Origin: Trichosphaerium sp. ATCC 40318
Lineage: Eukaryota; Protista; Tubulinea
NCBI GenBank assembly: GCA_038496445.1
Contig: JALMLS010000282.1
Coordinates: 1 to 64,000 of the forward strand
Direction of reading: 5' to 3'
DNA: 64,000 nucleotides
This document shows positions 38,878 through 52,570 of the stretch, one piece after another (within the stretch, counting starts at the first letter, position 1; every line of letters begins with the position of its first letter). Both the position numbers and the translations under genes were made by a program. The notes beneath the pieces were generated by a model. It did no database searches and was not told where the DNA came from. It saw only the letters and a program-made list of their open reading frames with translations.

Positions 38878-40310
38878 ATGACTTCATTCAGTATTACACT
38901 TTATCAAGCGCTGCAATACTTTGATAACAAGCACTCAGTAACGTTCAATAAACTTACAGAGAATAAACAAAATATCCTGATAAAACACGTGCAGAGTATA
39001 TTAAACATATCCAACGCGTCTCTGGCAAAACAACTTGATGAATCCAGAAGCACACCGGCGACACTGATATAAGCACAGAGCAATGCACTACGCATTCTAA
39101 CGACCTCAATAAGCAAAAACAAAAGAAATCGCCCAAGCGTGCCATTAAGGCGGGCAAGCCAAAGAAGAAAAAAACTCGCTTAATCCAAAAAAGAAACAAT
39201 GCCACTAGCCTAAATATTCTTGATTTTCCAGTAGAGGTTATTGCAAGTATCCTACGTCATACAGAATACCCTGATAAGTACAATGTTGCTCAATCATGTC
39301 GTTTGATGGCCAGTATTATTCATGATGTTGTTGGTTATACAGTGGTGTATATAACAACTGTTCAAGACATGTTACAGATACAAAAGTACAGAGGACTCAT
39401 GAACAATACTATAATTACCGTAACAACTATGGATTACGAACCTCAACGCCCAGATAAAGGTTCCATCAACAGTTCTAATCTAAAAGAACTTGCAGGTGCT
39501 AAGAACATTACTCTTCCTGCTATGGTCCGAGATTGGGGACTCAAAGCACTCGCAGGTGTCCATAGAATTGACCTTATTGATTGTCCGCACATTTCTGATA
39601 AAGGGATCAAATATCTAGCAGGAGTTCATACCATCAACCTTGATGATACTCCCGTGACTGGTAAAGGAGTAAAAGCATTGTCAGGAGTTCATGAGATTTC
39701 CCTCGAAAACACACCAGTTACTGATGAAGGACTAAAAGCTCTATCAGGCGTTCACACCATTTACCTCGAAAGTTGTGAATTTATAACAGATGAGGGGATA
39801 AAAGCACTATCGGGAGTTCACACTATATCCCTTGACAATACTTCAGTGACAGATGAAGGTGTTAAAGCATTGAAAGGTGTTCACGCTATTTATTTGGATA
39901 ACACAGCAGTATCAGATGAAGGAGTGAAAGCTCTAAAAGGGGCTTATGATGTTGACCTTACACGTTGTCCGAATGTGACAGACGAAGGCATCAAAGCCTT
40001 AAAGGGTGTTCATATCCTTACTCTCAATACCACAGCTGTTACAGATGAAGGACTAAAAGCTCTATCAGGCGTTCACACCATTTACCTCGAAAGTTGTGAA
40101 TTTATAACAGATGAGGGGATAAAAGCACTATCAGGAGTTCACACTATTTCCCTTGACAATACTTCAGTGACAGATGAAGGTGTCAAAGAATTGATAGGAA
40201 TACATGAATTACATTATCTAAGCACTTCAATTACAAGTGCGTGCATAAAAACACTTGAAATTAACAGTGGACATTCCATCCGCACTCATATGAGCCGTTG
40301 GATGTTTTAA
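38878..40310 (+). CDS. F-box plus 21/22-aa LRR array protein (5' end needs a frameshift or an atypical intron)
   Basis: The frame of ORF 39303 is open from 39042 and encodes the F-box ILDFPVEVIASILRH...VAQSCR, then about 11 repeats VTDEGxKALxGVHTIxL. The upstream ATG ORF (38878) is in another frame. Confidence 0.75.
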
Positions 40311-41827
40311 ACCCAATTACATCATACCTTCATCTTTAAACCAATGTTGACTAAAGATGAGATCCAAAAAAGTTATGTAGAACGAGATGTACTTAATAAA
40401 CTTGTCATATTTGGATCGCACGTGCTCATATGAATACAGTACAATTAAAGTTTCTTTCCTTTGATGCAATGACTTGGTAATGTATAAACATCCTGGTTAA
40501 GTATTCTACATACCAGCCGTCTGAATCGGTTTTGGTCAAACCATTTAATCTTCGAGTGAGCCAGAAAATGTTGAGCGGTTCTTTTACTTGGTGTTAAACG
40601 AATTGAAGAAAAAACTGCGTTCCATGTATAACTTTACTATTTGGGTTGCGCGTATTTAGCAAGTACAGAAAGTTTTTCGTTCAAGTTTGATGAACAATTA
40701 AAACAACATCATCACGATAACTGTTTATCTAATTGTATGAATATTAGTGTAACACCATTCGGGTGAGTTAAAGCGAAACTAACGAAAGATATCAATCACG
40801 TGCACAATAAATTGGCTTTTCAGCCCGCAATTGTTTAGCCATACAAGAAGGACTCCAAGACATCGCTTAAGAGTACTAATTGGAGAGCCAGTATAGGTAT
40901 ATCAATGGTTCACGACAAGAAGGAGAATGCAAGTGCTGGTAGATTAACAAACTGTCTCACTAAACACCGCAACCTCATTGAAAAACACTTGGAGCTTATT
41001 ACAAATAGACTCAAAAACCCAAATGACAAATCTCATTTATACCTACCTTTGCTATAGCTAGCAGGTGTGGTCCACCTATAATCGTTTAATGGCGAAGGGA
41101 TCGTAACCCTTAGGATTTTTCTGAACTTCATGTTCTCATGTGGGAATGTACCGTCGTGTCAATAAACTGACTTAATAAAAAAAAATGATAACAAACTGTA
41201 AAAAGTAATTGTTGTTACTGGAAAGAGTTTTGCCCACGTGAACGAAAAGCCTTGCAATTTCTCACCAATAAAAAAGTTTGCCGTGAAGGTTACTAAGTAT
41301 GATTTACTAGCATGCTAATTTATTATTTTCGCAGTCTATTCTTGGTGTTCTTGACACTTGTCTTGTAGAATAAGGTTTTCATCCTAGGTACTATTAAACT
41401 TTTGAATATTATGTTGCATGTGTACCTTGCTGATTTCGCCCGTGCTGTTCCAAAGAACAATACCATTTGATATTTGTTTGAGTTGGCTATGTTCTACAAC
41501 ATGGTGATTTCGTTTACAATCATCTTATACATAACTTAGTGATAATAATAAAAAAGGGGAAAGCAACAGGTATGTTCAAAAAACAAGAACATCACATTTT
41601 TCATCTAATTTTCTTACCTTTTTGTAGCAAATGAATTGTTGCAGCATTGTTAGATGTCTAAACATGGTTAAAATCGATTTCTAGTGAGAGTTAAAAAACG
41701 TGGAACTCACGTATGAATGTTGAACTAATTCATGTTTTATCGATTTAGGCATTCGTTGACCAATCAATATTGGTACTTATGTACGAGCAGCGCAACATGT
41801 TACTAATGAAGAAATAATTAACAAAAG

Positions 41828-44111
41828 TCATTGTAATCCTACAACCATGGTACCTAGCAATGCTAGCACTTGCTTCTCTTTTTTGTTTCCTTTGGAAGTT
41901 GTTTCAATACTCGGCATCCCTACAATTGTAAGATTGGCAGCAGTGACAAAAAATCTCTCTACCTTTAAAGCCAGCACCAACTAATAAAATCCAGTTGTAG
42001 TGGATAAGTGGAGAAGTACATTCAGGAAATGATGGATCAATGTCACTTGGTAATGGCATTGACAGAGTAAGAGTTTTGTTCTCTCCTAATATGTTATGGT
42101 CAGGTTTATCAATGGATCACTAAAAACCCCCACCACTAATGTACCTGGAAGAACAGGGAATGTGGAAGGGTCTTTAACGGTCACACAGAATTTAAGAGGG
42201 TCTGAAAAATCTCGTGGTATGGGCTTTTCGGTTTCAACTTCCTTCTCGGCGATGAAATCACCAGAACGAGTTAGTTTGCCACTTGGCATAATGTCAGAAG
42301 TAATAATGCAATTTCATAGTATGGAAAAATAGTAAAGGAAACGTACAAGTGAGTAGCAAGTCCTATAAACGAAGCTTTAAGAAGCACATAGATTTTAGTA
42401 ATCGTCTTTGACTTTGTTTGATTATTTATTACCTATATTCATTTTAAGGTAACACGTGCATAAACTATTATTTTCTCTTTTGACTTACTATATCCATTTC
42501 AAGATTTTCGCCAATGTAGTTCACATCTTTTTGTGTCGCTGACACAGAGACAACTTTATCACCTTTCTCTATATTGCATAATTGGAAACTTACATTGTCT
42601 ATGGTTCTACATACCATAATGATGTTCTTCAATATCCGGTAGTGAAGCGCGACCTATGCTACTGTTGTCTGTTTTAATAATAAGTTCCTGAACAAAATCA
42701 GTTAAAATCAAGTGTTGATTATTTCTATTCCGTACATGACGTATTTCTTTGTTGATCGGTTTGCCCATAGAAGCAACACACGTGTATTCTATGCGAGCAT
42801 TTTTGTTTGTAAAAGAGGGCGGTATATTATTGGGTAGATTGAATTCAAATGGCCAATAGTAGCTGCTAGATTCAACCAAAACCTCAATGCGAGTCAAAAG
42901 GTGTAAAAAAAAGTGAAATGTAATTGTGGAACAATAGTGTACTGGTTCGCCCTTGTTGCCAAGAAGAGTTTCTTCTTTGTTGAAAAAAACGTGCTTTGAT
43001 CCAACAGCCGTCACTTCGCCTTTGAACATCTATCACGGAATTAGAAAAATCTATGTTCCTAGCTGAACCACCACTCACTCTTGATGATTGCATGTTTTGT
43101 ACTCCCATGAAACTCACTTACAAAGGTTATAAGCAACAGTGAGAACTTAAATTGACCGCACGTGTAACACTATCGCACTTAAAGGGTTCGCCAACATTTA
43201 ATATAACAGCGCCTCGAATAGTCTAAAACAACAGTAAGAAGGAAGATGACATAGATTTTCTGCAAAACTGTAGGGAAAAAAACTTACTTGACCTGGCCAA
43301 TACTCTTTACTACTTAACTCGATACGGAATGATGGGAACAGGAAATTGACATGTTTCTTTGGTCTAGTGCAACGTTATTAATCGTAACTAGGCAAGTCTC
43401 ACTTTTTTGGGATTGAACATGGAGTAAAGTGAGCATCAAGTTTCAATTCGCCAACATCTTTTGTTCCACTTTTATCCTATTTTGACATTAATTTCGGCTA
43501 AAATTCTTAAACAGGCGCAGCCATACTGTGAGTTTAAGCCAAATCTCTCCTCTAGATGCTATCAACTTCTCAACGCTAAAACATGGAGCTTAGTGAATCT
43601 AGAATAAAAAAAAAACCAGCGTCAACAAGCTCAAATGCGCCAGCGGATACAAATACGTAAGTGTTGAACTAAATGACCATGTAGCGACAGTCCGAGGTTT
43701 TTACGCCGTAATAATTAAAAAAACGCACGTGATTGTTCCTGAGGCAAGAAATCTGTCTGATAGCTCTTTCCTTGCCCACACACGGACAGATAGTGAATTA
43801 TTTACATCATTGACAGTCAATACAACCTCATTATTCCACTAGATACAAGAAACGTTGGATGACGTTATAACAAATTATTTCCGTTGTACCTTAGGTTCTC
43901 CATACGATGCAGCCACTTCTGTTGTTTTTACTTTGATGGGTTTTGATGAAGTACCAACGATACGAATATTACAATACACTACAGGTATTGAAACAACAGT
44001 CAAAAAACAGTGTCTTATTAAAAAAGCGTTGCCTTTGTGTTTTGATATTACATCCTTTGCGCCAATGACATTTATCCATAGTTGTCCTGACTCTTTAGAA
44101 GGAGGTTCCAT
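41828..44111 (-). CDS. C2 domain plus arrestin-N/arrestin-C protein
   Basis: C2 motifs GQLWINVIGAKD, EPKWNNE and VRVWARKELSDRFLA. Arrestin motifs YWPGQTIRGAV, WPFEFNLPNNIPPSF..ARIEY, and YIGENL..VIINQ..ITKI. The architecture resembles Dictyostelium C2-containing arrestins. Confidence 0.85.
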
Positions 44112-44773
44112 TTTCGAGGTAGAGTTAGAAGACCAGACAGAGTTTTAAATTTAATTTGACACTCAAAACTGAATCACGTGCATTGAGCCAGTTTGGAATT
44201 TACAAATCGTTTTCTGGTTTTTTGTGTTGATATCATTGTGTTAGTGTATGCATAAAGTCTCGCTAATGATATCTAAATGACCTATTGTTACATTTCCATT
44301 TATGATGTGATCTGACGTCAATGCATTAATTTCTAAGGTGTTTTTTAGTGTTTAAAACAAACGTCGCACTAACACTAGCTTTCGCGAGCGCAAAGGTTTT
44401 ATCAAGTGTACGATAACTTTGAAAGCGAATCCGAGTTGGTTACTACCACGAAAACCCATAGTGGTTAAGTAAGCCATTACAACAATTGGGTCACTTCTCA
44501 TCACGTGTTTCGTCGCCAACATCACACAAGCCACTACCTTTTATGTGAGTATTGCGCTATCACAATTAGGTCGAGTATACGCTTGGGAAACAGTTGGATC
44601 ATTCGTTTGAAGAGAAGAAAAAGTTTCATCTAACCCAGCGAGCAAAGAATAAGTGCTATGTTTATTATGATGTATACAAGGCGTTAGTTATTCTGATCGT
44701 TGCATATTTAGTTGATCCTTAGTAACCACAATCCATGAAAACCATAAGGAACACGTTGAGAGAGTGCCACACG

Positions 44774-45015
44774 ACAAACAAGAGACATATCGAGAGCAGA
44801 AAGAACAACAACCTTAAGAAAAAACAGACTTTTAGCAAAGCGCAGTGTAGTGCAGAAGGAAGGTGTTTTTTTATTTATTACAACATCTGTACAAACAAGT
44901 ATGTTTTCTTTTCTTATACTTCTTTTTCCGTATACCTTTAACATAACGGTAGTGTTTGTGTAATTGACCTTTTGAATCCCAAATCTTGTATTCTCCATCA
45001 CATTCATCTTTGATG
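44774..45015 (-). pseudogene. 3' fragment and downstream flank of the MORN gene at 57086-57745
   Basis: Reverse complement matches about 57607-57897; the shared off-frame ORF MNVMENTRFGIQKVNYTNTT appears in both places. Confidence 0.85.
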
Positions 45016-45506
45016 AACCTAAAATGCTTTGTGCGTTGCTACACTCGTCTTCCTTGATAGTGAATGCACTTAGTACGTTCATAAACTTGTCTTATTGACT
45101 AGTTTATCCTCTGACATTGGACCCTAATTAATTTGTACCCGAGCAGCATAGAGGCACTATGAATGACATTTAACACTTCACTATCGATAGTAGTGTTTTG
45201 ACGCTGTTGTACCTGGCTAACTTTAGTAGTAATACTACTAAACTAGAGTGCATAAAAAAGGTCTAGAGTAGTTGCAGTAATTACGTTGTGTTACATAAGA
45301 AATAGTCAAAGGATTGAAGCCGGTTAGCGCTAAAAAAGATAAAGATTTCAGTGTAGGAATCTCCATTCGTTTATTTTAATAATTTGTGCTAGTGTAGTAG
45401 GTGGAAGTGTTGTGTTCGGGAAATTTTGATTAATCTAATATTCAATTTGCTTATAGTGGCATCGAGATGTAATAAAAGGATGGTACAATGCTGAATAAGT
45501 GCTTCG

Positions 45507-46990
45507 TTACATACTATTTGTTACTTTCACAAATGAAAGTAACCTATTCCGGCCTAATAGCTGTGTCACTGTAAAGACAATGTTCTTCCCGTCAACAACC
45601 TTGCAATAAACTCTATTATCTATATTCCCATATGGGTGCAAAGGAAAGGTTTCAACTAACACACCTAAAAAAAAAAGAAACAGAAATTAAAAAAAAAGGT
45701 TCAAAGACAAATAGCTCATTTGCTTACCTTTTTTTATATCTAGTACAGATACTATTTCATGCTTGGAGTCATTATTGTATATTGCAATTAATATATTTTG
45801 TCTAAAATCTATATGAACAAAAGGAGATTCGTATCCAGGAATGTTGATTTTTTTCATTGAATACTTTGCTTTAACTTTGTTGGTTTTCATGTCATAAACA
45901 TAAGCATTACGTCCGTAAGCATAGACCAAGCAATCTAGGTGATATTAAAAAAGATATTTAAGTGATATTGTTACCTTGTTGTGGGTAGTACTCAGGTACA
46001 CAAGACAGAATGGTATGGCTCCAACAAATAGTTTCAATTTTTTCTGTATTAAAAAAGAACAAGTCAATTGTTCGTTTTCTAATCAGGATCAGGAAAGGTC
46101 CATGTAATTCTGAGTCGTATAAAGTTGCTTCTCTAACATCATCTTTTATAGAGTCATAGACAATATCAATCCTACACTACAAGAGAATACCTGTAAGAAG
46201 AAAAACTCATACATAGAAAAAACCCAAAAAAAAAAAAAAGGAAAAAACATGGAAGACTCCTCACACTCTTCAAGACATTTCGAGCAAGTAAAAAAAACTT
46301 TTATTTAAAGACAAAAAAGTAGCCGTTCACTCATTACAATTGTGTTGTTCAGTAAAAATAATAATGATGGATACTTTATCAAAACAAAACACAATTGAAA
46401 AAAACAAAGTAAAAAGTATCAAGTACGTTTGCATCGTTATCCCATCCATAAACTACTATACTTTTTTCTAATAAAAGCACAGCACCCTGTTCTATGCTTC
46501 CTAAAGTCTAGTAGTACTAGACATGTTCTCCTCATACCTTAAAGCAGTTTTAGTACCCTAATCGGCAGAAAAATACAAAGATGAACACAGAAAAAAAAAA
46601 AACATACACTTTCTTACGAGCTCTCAGAATAGAATAGTACACCATTTTCTATTATTATTATGATCCTTCGTCTATTACAATAATTAAGATAACATAACTC
46701 ATTAAGCTGACCTTAAAAACTCACCAATATCGCAACATGTGTTCGTCCAACTGATGCCTCATTTGTTATTCGTGCGCTTGGTGGTTTTAATCTACCATAG
46801 TACTTACAAGATCCTCTAGTGATTTTATACAGCGACAATCCCGTAACAGGTCTATAGTAAAGAATTGTGGCAGTTTTACTATTCCCGAAAAAAATATATC
46901 AGTAAGAGATGCTTCTGAAAGAAACTAAAAAGAAAAAAAAAGGTAAAGAACTTTTGCTCTGTACTCTTTTTTCGAGGTTGTAGCAAACAT
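45507..46990 (-). CDS. Hypothetical multi-exon protein, possibly beta-rich
   Basis: ORF 45687-45929 and neighbouring GT-AG-bounded exons. No family recognised and the 5' exons are uncertain. Confidence 0.4.
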
Positions 46991-47643
46991 TTCTATTTGG
47001 GATATCGGTATTTTAATCAAAAATAATACAATTTTCAAATCACGTGCGATTTACATGCATTCCTGCGATGTACACGCTTAATATTTCGAAAACTTTAATG
47101 TACACCACATTTGAAGTGTTGTGGCTTTCTTCTTTTCCATTAATTTCTTCTATACGCGCAACAGTGCATTCGTGTTCGGTAAACCTAAAAGGTCTAAAAT
47201 TTCTCATAGTACGGGCACACACCCATGAAGTCTTTGGAGCAATGTCCGTTTCAGATGCAACATCAAAATACAAAGGTGCATGCCCTTTAGCTATGACCTT
47301 AGCACGTTGAATGCGACTACACACATTGAGCAAATATATTGACACGCTAAAGGGGTTAACTAATCAGTGTTATTAGTCTCTACAGCTATGGGGTATTGAT
47401 TACCAGCTCATCAATGTCCCAATCTGCCATTTGATAGTAATTGCATACAATGGAAAACGGCTGGCTAAAAATAGGTAAAAACAAAAACGGAAACAGGTTG
47501 ACTTTAGTAGGGTTCTGAGTTAAGTTGTTGGCTTTATAGCTTTATAACGCCTTCGTTGTGTTTTAATCCTTTAGTTTCAAACTGGTACACAATATCTATG
47601 TACAGGTAACTATACCACCGGCCATCAGATTAACAAACTTTTT

Positions 47644-49221
47644 TTATTTCTTTTTTATTTTTTGGTCTTCTTTGTACTTTTTCCACCACAACGGGTTACA
47701 GTATGGTAAATACTGATCAGCAACATCTACTTGTAATGTATCACCTGGTTTAATACTCTCCAAGTTATAAGGACCATAAGCAATACGTATTAGACGTGTC
47801 ACAGTCAAACCTTTAGAAAAGGTAAACAAGAAAAAAATAGGAAAATTTTCCCAAAACAAGTTGCTAGGTACCTATATGACCCATAACGCGATGAATCTGT
47901 CTATTTTTACCTTCATGACATGTTATGCGAACCCAAGAGTTTATACCTAAGTAAAACATAAATATCGCTAGAGCACTAATCAAAGAAAACAATAAAAAAC
48001 CAAGAAATAAATTGACCAACTACTTCAGTTAGCGCTTTCTTTGTTATAAGCCACAAACCATACCATCTCGCTCAACAATAACATCCATTCCCCTATATTT
48101 TACACCATCAATAGTAATACCTTTATCCAACTTGAGCATACGGTCTTTCGCCCACTTCTACGTGCGTTGTAAGCATTAAGTCTATTGGACATTAATTACT
48201 ATTAAAATACGTACTGGACCATACACCCGCGCTCTGTAGGTACGTGAAATCTCATTCACAGGCTAAAAAGCATTCGTTAAACAGTTACGATATAAACTAT
48301 TGTTAACAAAAGTGTACAAGCTCTAGGTGTCTTGCTAGCATTCCATCATTTGTGAGTAGAAGTAAACCTTCTGTTGTGACATCAAGTCTACCCTGAACAT
48401 GACTTAACATAAACGATATTGTTTTTCGTTCAACTACGCACAACTGGCATGATATGCTTAGGCAAACCTGCAGCGTGTAGAAAAGGTACAAGTGGTTTTG
48501 CTGTTCCTTTATCAGCTACGGCTGCAACTGAGTAGCCAGCTTTTTTATGGTGTAAATAAATGCGTGGTGTAACCAGTGCTTGCGCCTAGGACCATTTAGA
48601 GGTTGTTTGGTTTTTAAACAACGCACTGTATCTTCACCAACTGTCACGATTTGCTTTTCAGTTACGTTGAACGCTGGCGATTGCACTATCTTACCATCTA
48701 CAGTAACTAGGCCCTCAAAGGTAGGTTAGCAACAAAAAAACGTTTTGGTTTCACTGAAAAGCATGTGACAATCCTCGAGCTGAGGTAACGCCACAATGGT
48801 ACATGCCGTAGTGACGTCATTTTTGCGTGTGTCAGCTTTGTCGTAGCCTTTTTGCGAATACACGTACTTGCTTTATTAGTTCTTCAGCTTTTCGCCTAGA
48901 CGCTATTCCAGACCTGGCTATTCTTTTTGCTAGACGCTCAGTTGTTTTAATAGGTTTTTCGTCTTCCTCAATAACTTTTGGCTCCCTTCGAAGCGTCAGA
49001 CAGAGAAGTAACGGCGTTTAATCATTAAAAGTATCGGCACGAAACAAACTGTTTGTTTTGCGCATAAACCTCAATAAAGACCTCAATAGAGATAAACAAG
49101 CGTACTGTGCGTAATTGCGTAACACTGACGCTACTTTGGTTCTTTGCGTCCGAAAAGTAGCTGCTCTACGCAACGAGGGCCTTCTAGTGCCGTAAAATCC
49201 TAACCGCACGCTTTGTAACAT
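47644..49221 (-). CDS. RsuA/RluB-family pseudouridine synthase with S4 domain, probably mitochondrial
   Basis: S4 motif ERLAKRIARSGIASRRKAEELI; catalytic GRLDVTTEGLLLLTNDG; EGKNRQI; LIRIAYGP. The N-terminus is Arg-rich and lacks acidic residues, like a presequence. Confidence 0.9.
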
Positions 49222-49303
49222 ACTACACAAACGTCAGCAATTTTCGCCATCAAATGTCCACCGATGGCTTGTACAGTAATTTTTCGTTTGTATTACTTCA
49301 ACA
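49222..49303. promoter_or_regulatory. Putative compact bidirectional promoter
   Basis: Only 82 bp separate the divergent ATGs at 49221 (-) and 49304 (+). Confidence 0.45.
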
Positions 49304-50910
49304 ATGTCTCGCAAGCTTGGAAGAATCGCCAAATTACGTGGTAACTTTGAACAAGGAAAGAAAGACGCTGTAATTACAGATTATCCACAACCAGGCTCAG
49401 TGGTCATACAAAACGCTGATTGCGTGAGTGTTGAATTTAAAAAAATCATTAAGCTCATAATTTTTAACCGTCAATATTTCTTCAATTATGCGGTTTTTTA
49501 CCTCAAAACGATTTCCAAAACATCACAACTAATATTTGGTCACACAGCAGGACGATAACGTGATGGACGCATTATTAAACCAATTAGCCGACTTTAAAAC
49601 GCTATCAAGGCAGCCAAAGCCTCCAGTTGATAAATGCAAAGAGCAGTTAATTGCCCTACGCGTGAGTGCCTTTTGCTCATACTTAGTGTCGCTACAGTGT
49701 TTTTTTGTTGCAATCACTTCAACATGGTCTAACATGCCATTAGATTGCTATGATGCAATTTCCGTTCAAAGACCCAGCTAATTTAACTGCGGGAACCACT
49801 GATAAACAATTACTATTCTCTCGTACGTTTTACGCCACCAGACTGTCACACGCGGGTGGTCATTGTACTTTTAAACAAACTGCCACTATTTTATCTATTT
49901 GTGATAAAAACCACTAAACGCTTCTAAAAGGCGAGGTTCTTGAGCAAGCAGTTGAGTTTTGCCAAAGGACAGAAGACGCAGATGCTTTTGAACGTTACAT
50001 ACAACAACTAAAGCCATACTACACCGATTATGAGTACGTATCACTAAAAACCTAACAAAAACACTACAAAACGCTACAAAAATTAACGTGTTGTATCACC
50101 TACGCACAGAAAAACGTTAACACGTTTTCTAAATTTTGGTTTTTTTTCTGACATTTTTGTCTTGTAGACCATTTTGTGGGCCTGTATCTGAGAGGAAATA
50201 CCCTAATTTGGGATTATACCTTCTCCATTTATTGGCTGAGAGAAGGATAGCTGAATTCCATACTGAGATTGAGCTTATACCTATTCAAGAGCAACAAAAG
50301 AATAGATTCATTAAATACGCTGTAACACTTGAACAAGATCTAATGGAAGGCCGGTACGACTTGTTTTGAGTCTACAAATTTATTGTAGATTCATGTCTAT
50401 ACTTCAAGCAAAATTATTTTAGTGAACGAAAATAACGGCCGAAACGATTTTCCATTCAAAACGGCCATTAGTCGCATGTTTTCTCACTACGCGCGTAGAT
50501 ACAATAAAATCTGGTTGGCTCGTAAGGATGTCCCACTTGACAGTTATACGTTTATCATAAACAGATTGACTAGCACGCTCCGTCACGATATCGCAGATTG
50601 TATTGAGAAGAGTTATCCTTCTTTGTCAATGGGAGAAGCTCAGAAGCTTCTTATGTTCGATTCAAGCGAAACTAAGGCATTTGAAGACTTTATTGAAGAC
50701 GTACGTGTTTTCGAGTAGTTGAGTTTTTTTTTTGCTTTTTCGAGCTTTAACGTGTACTAACCGCCTTTCTTTTAGCGTGTATGGGCTACAGAGATGGAAG
50801 AAATTAAATTTGTGCCTGAAGAAGAAGAACAAAAAACAGCTTCTGATAATGCCGTTCAATTGATTCTACAACAATTGGCGTACGCTGACGAACTTGAGAA
50901 AATCATTTAA
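49304..50910 (+). CDS. RPN12: 26S proteasome regulatory subunit Rpn12/PSMD8, with a probable extra 5' exon
   Basis: DAFERYIQQLKPYYTDY, LGLYLLHLLAERRIAEFHTEIELI, LEQDLMEGRYNK, RHDIADCIEKSY and YADELEKII*. The conserved region starts at ATG 49563. Confidence 0.95.
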
Positions 50911-51174
50911 AAAAGATAAAAAAAATGCTTCTTGTACTGCATTCAATAATTGTAAAAAAAATCCACGAAAACACGTTTTATACATGATGCAGTTTAAAAT
51001 TATTTCTCTTTTGTATAAGTACATATATTAAAGAACTAGAGGATGATAATTTTTTTGAAATTTACAATGCGTGTTTGTTGTGTTGGGAGGTGTTTTATTT
51101 TTGATTTGATTTTCATTTTTTCGGTTTTTACATTATTTACAGAAAACACTGTCATTTTTTTCTCTTGTTTTGTT

Positions 51175-52142
51175 TTATATTGTTGAACTACCAAAGTGGC
51201 TTACAACGTCCATTTGGAAAAGCTCTGTTAGTTTATCATAATCATCAAGAGTATTTCTTCTCTCTAATGCCTTTGAATGCTGTTTTATTTCATTTTGTCC
51301 TTCAAGAAAAGCAACAAAATGGTCATACCGAAGCATATTCAAAACAGTTTTCCGAGCTCCGTCGAAAAGGTTCTTTTTAGCCTTTTCATAGTTATCTTGT
51401 ATCTCCTAATAGAAAATAAACGATTTTTTCGATCTAAGTCTAAAAACGTGACCAAACACGTGGATTAACATGTAAACGTACCAATCTTTGCATGAAAGAA
51501 ACATTTATTGGTTCTGCTGCAGTTTCCATGTTTATCCACGTCTTCACTATCCTCGCTGCGTGTACACGGCGCATATCAACATTCTCTGTAAATCTGTAAA
51601 CCTCTACAAACGAAAAAAATATGAGTTTAACTTCAGGGTGTTTGCGAAAAGAATGGACTTTGGTCTAAAATTAGGTTGTAAAAAAAAAAAGTTGAAAACA
51701 AGTTTTGTTGTGACGCAACATACCAACAGCAACAAAAAAAGATAAGTTCTCATTAGCCATCCTTTGGTACACGTGATATCGAAACTGTTCGAATACAGGT
51801 TTTGAATTAAGCATTTCTATCCAAGAAACGTCAACATGCCTTCCAAATTCCTCTTCGTTCAATTCTGATCTGTTATTACAAAACATGACGTGTTAGCAGA
51901 CTATAAATTATTTTACAGTTGAAATTGGACTAAACATTAGTCGATTCTGTCTATCGCTTACTGAATTAATGCTAGAGGGGAAGTAGTCCGAGCCGGAGCA
52001 CTTTTTCGTTTTTGTTTTCTTTTTGCTCTTGCTTTAGATGACCTTGGATGTATTAACCCTTTTGGTACCGCGTTAGAAAAGCAAGAAATGGGTGTATGTA
52101 TATATTAGTATTGTTTGTACGTTTTAGTAGACTCTTGGCCAT
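51175..52142 (-). CDS. RGS-domain protein
   Basis: FEQFRYHVYQRMANENLSFFVAVEVYR, ARIVKTWI..AAEPINVS and LFDGARKTVLNMLRYDHFVAFL match the RGS box. Confidence 0.85.
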
Positions 52143-52570
52143 GGTGGTTTAGTATTTGTTTAAGAAAAATGTTATGAAAAAAAAGCTAACCTGTGCAGTT
52201 TGTAATACTGCATGTACGAATAGTACACAAATACTCGCTGTAAAAATGAACGTATTAAGATAATATTACTGTTGTTGGTATCCCAAACTTCTAGGACAAG
52301 CTATCAGGATTATTGTTTTCTTTGGGTACTTGGAATGCAGAAATTGTTCGCAGTATTTTTTTTTCCAAAATGAAATTGTTTCGGTCTTGTCCGCTAAGTC
52401 AACTGTAGTATTATTCTACAAGTACTATCTCGTGTTGTTAATATGTAGCTTGTAAAAACGTTGCAGAGAACCCAACGTAGGAGAATATCTCGGGTAGGAA
52501 CGGAGACCCTATTTTTTTTATTTTCACCGCTAGTTGAAAAAACGTGACAGCCAAACCTTTGGTTGTTACA

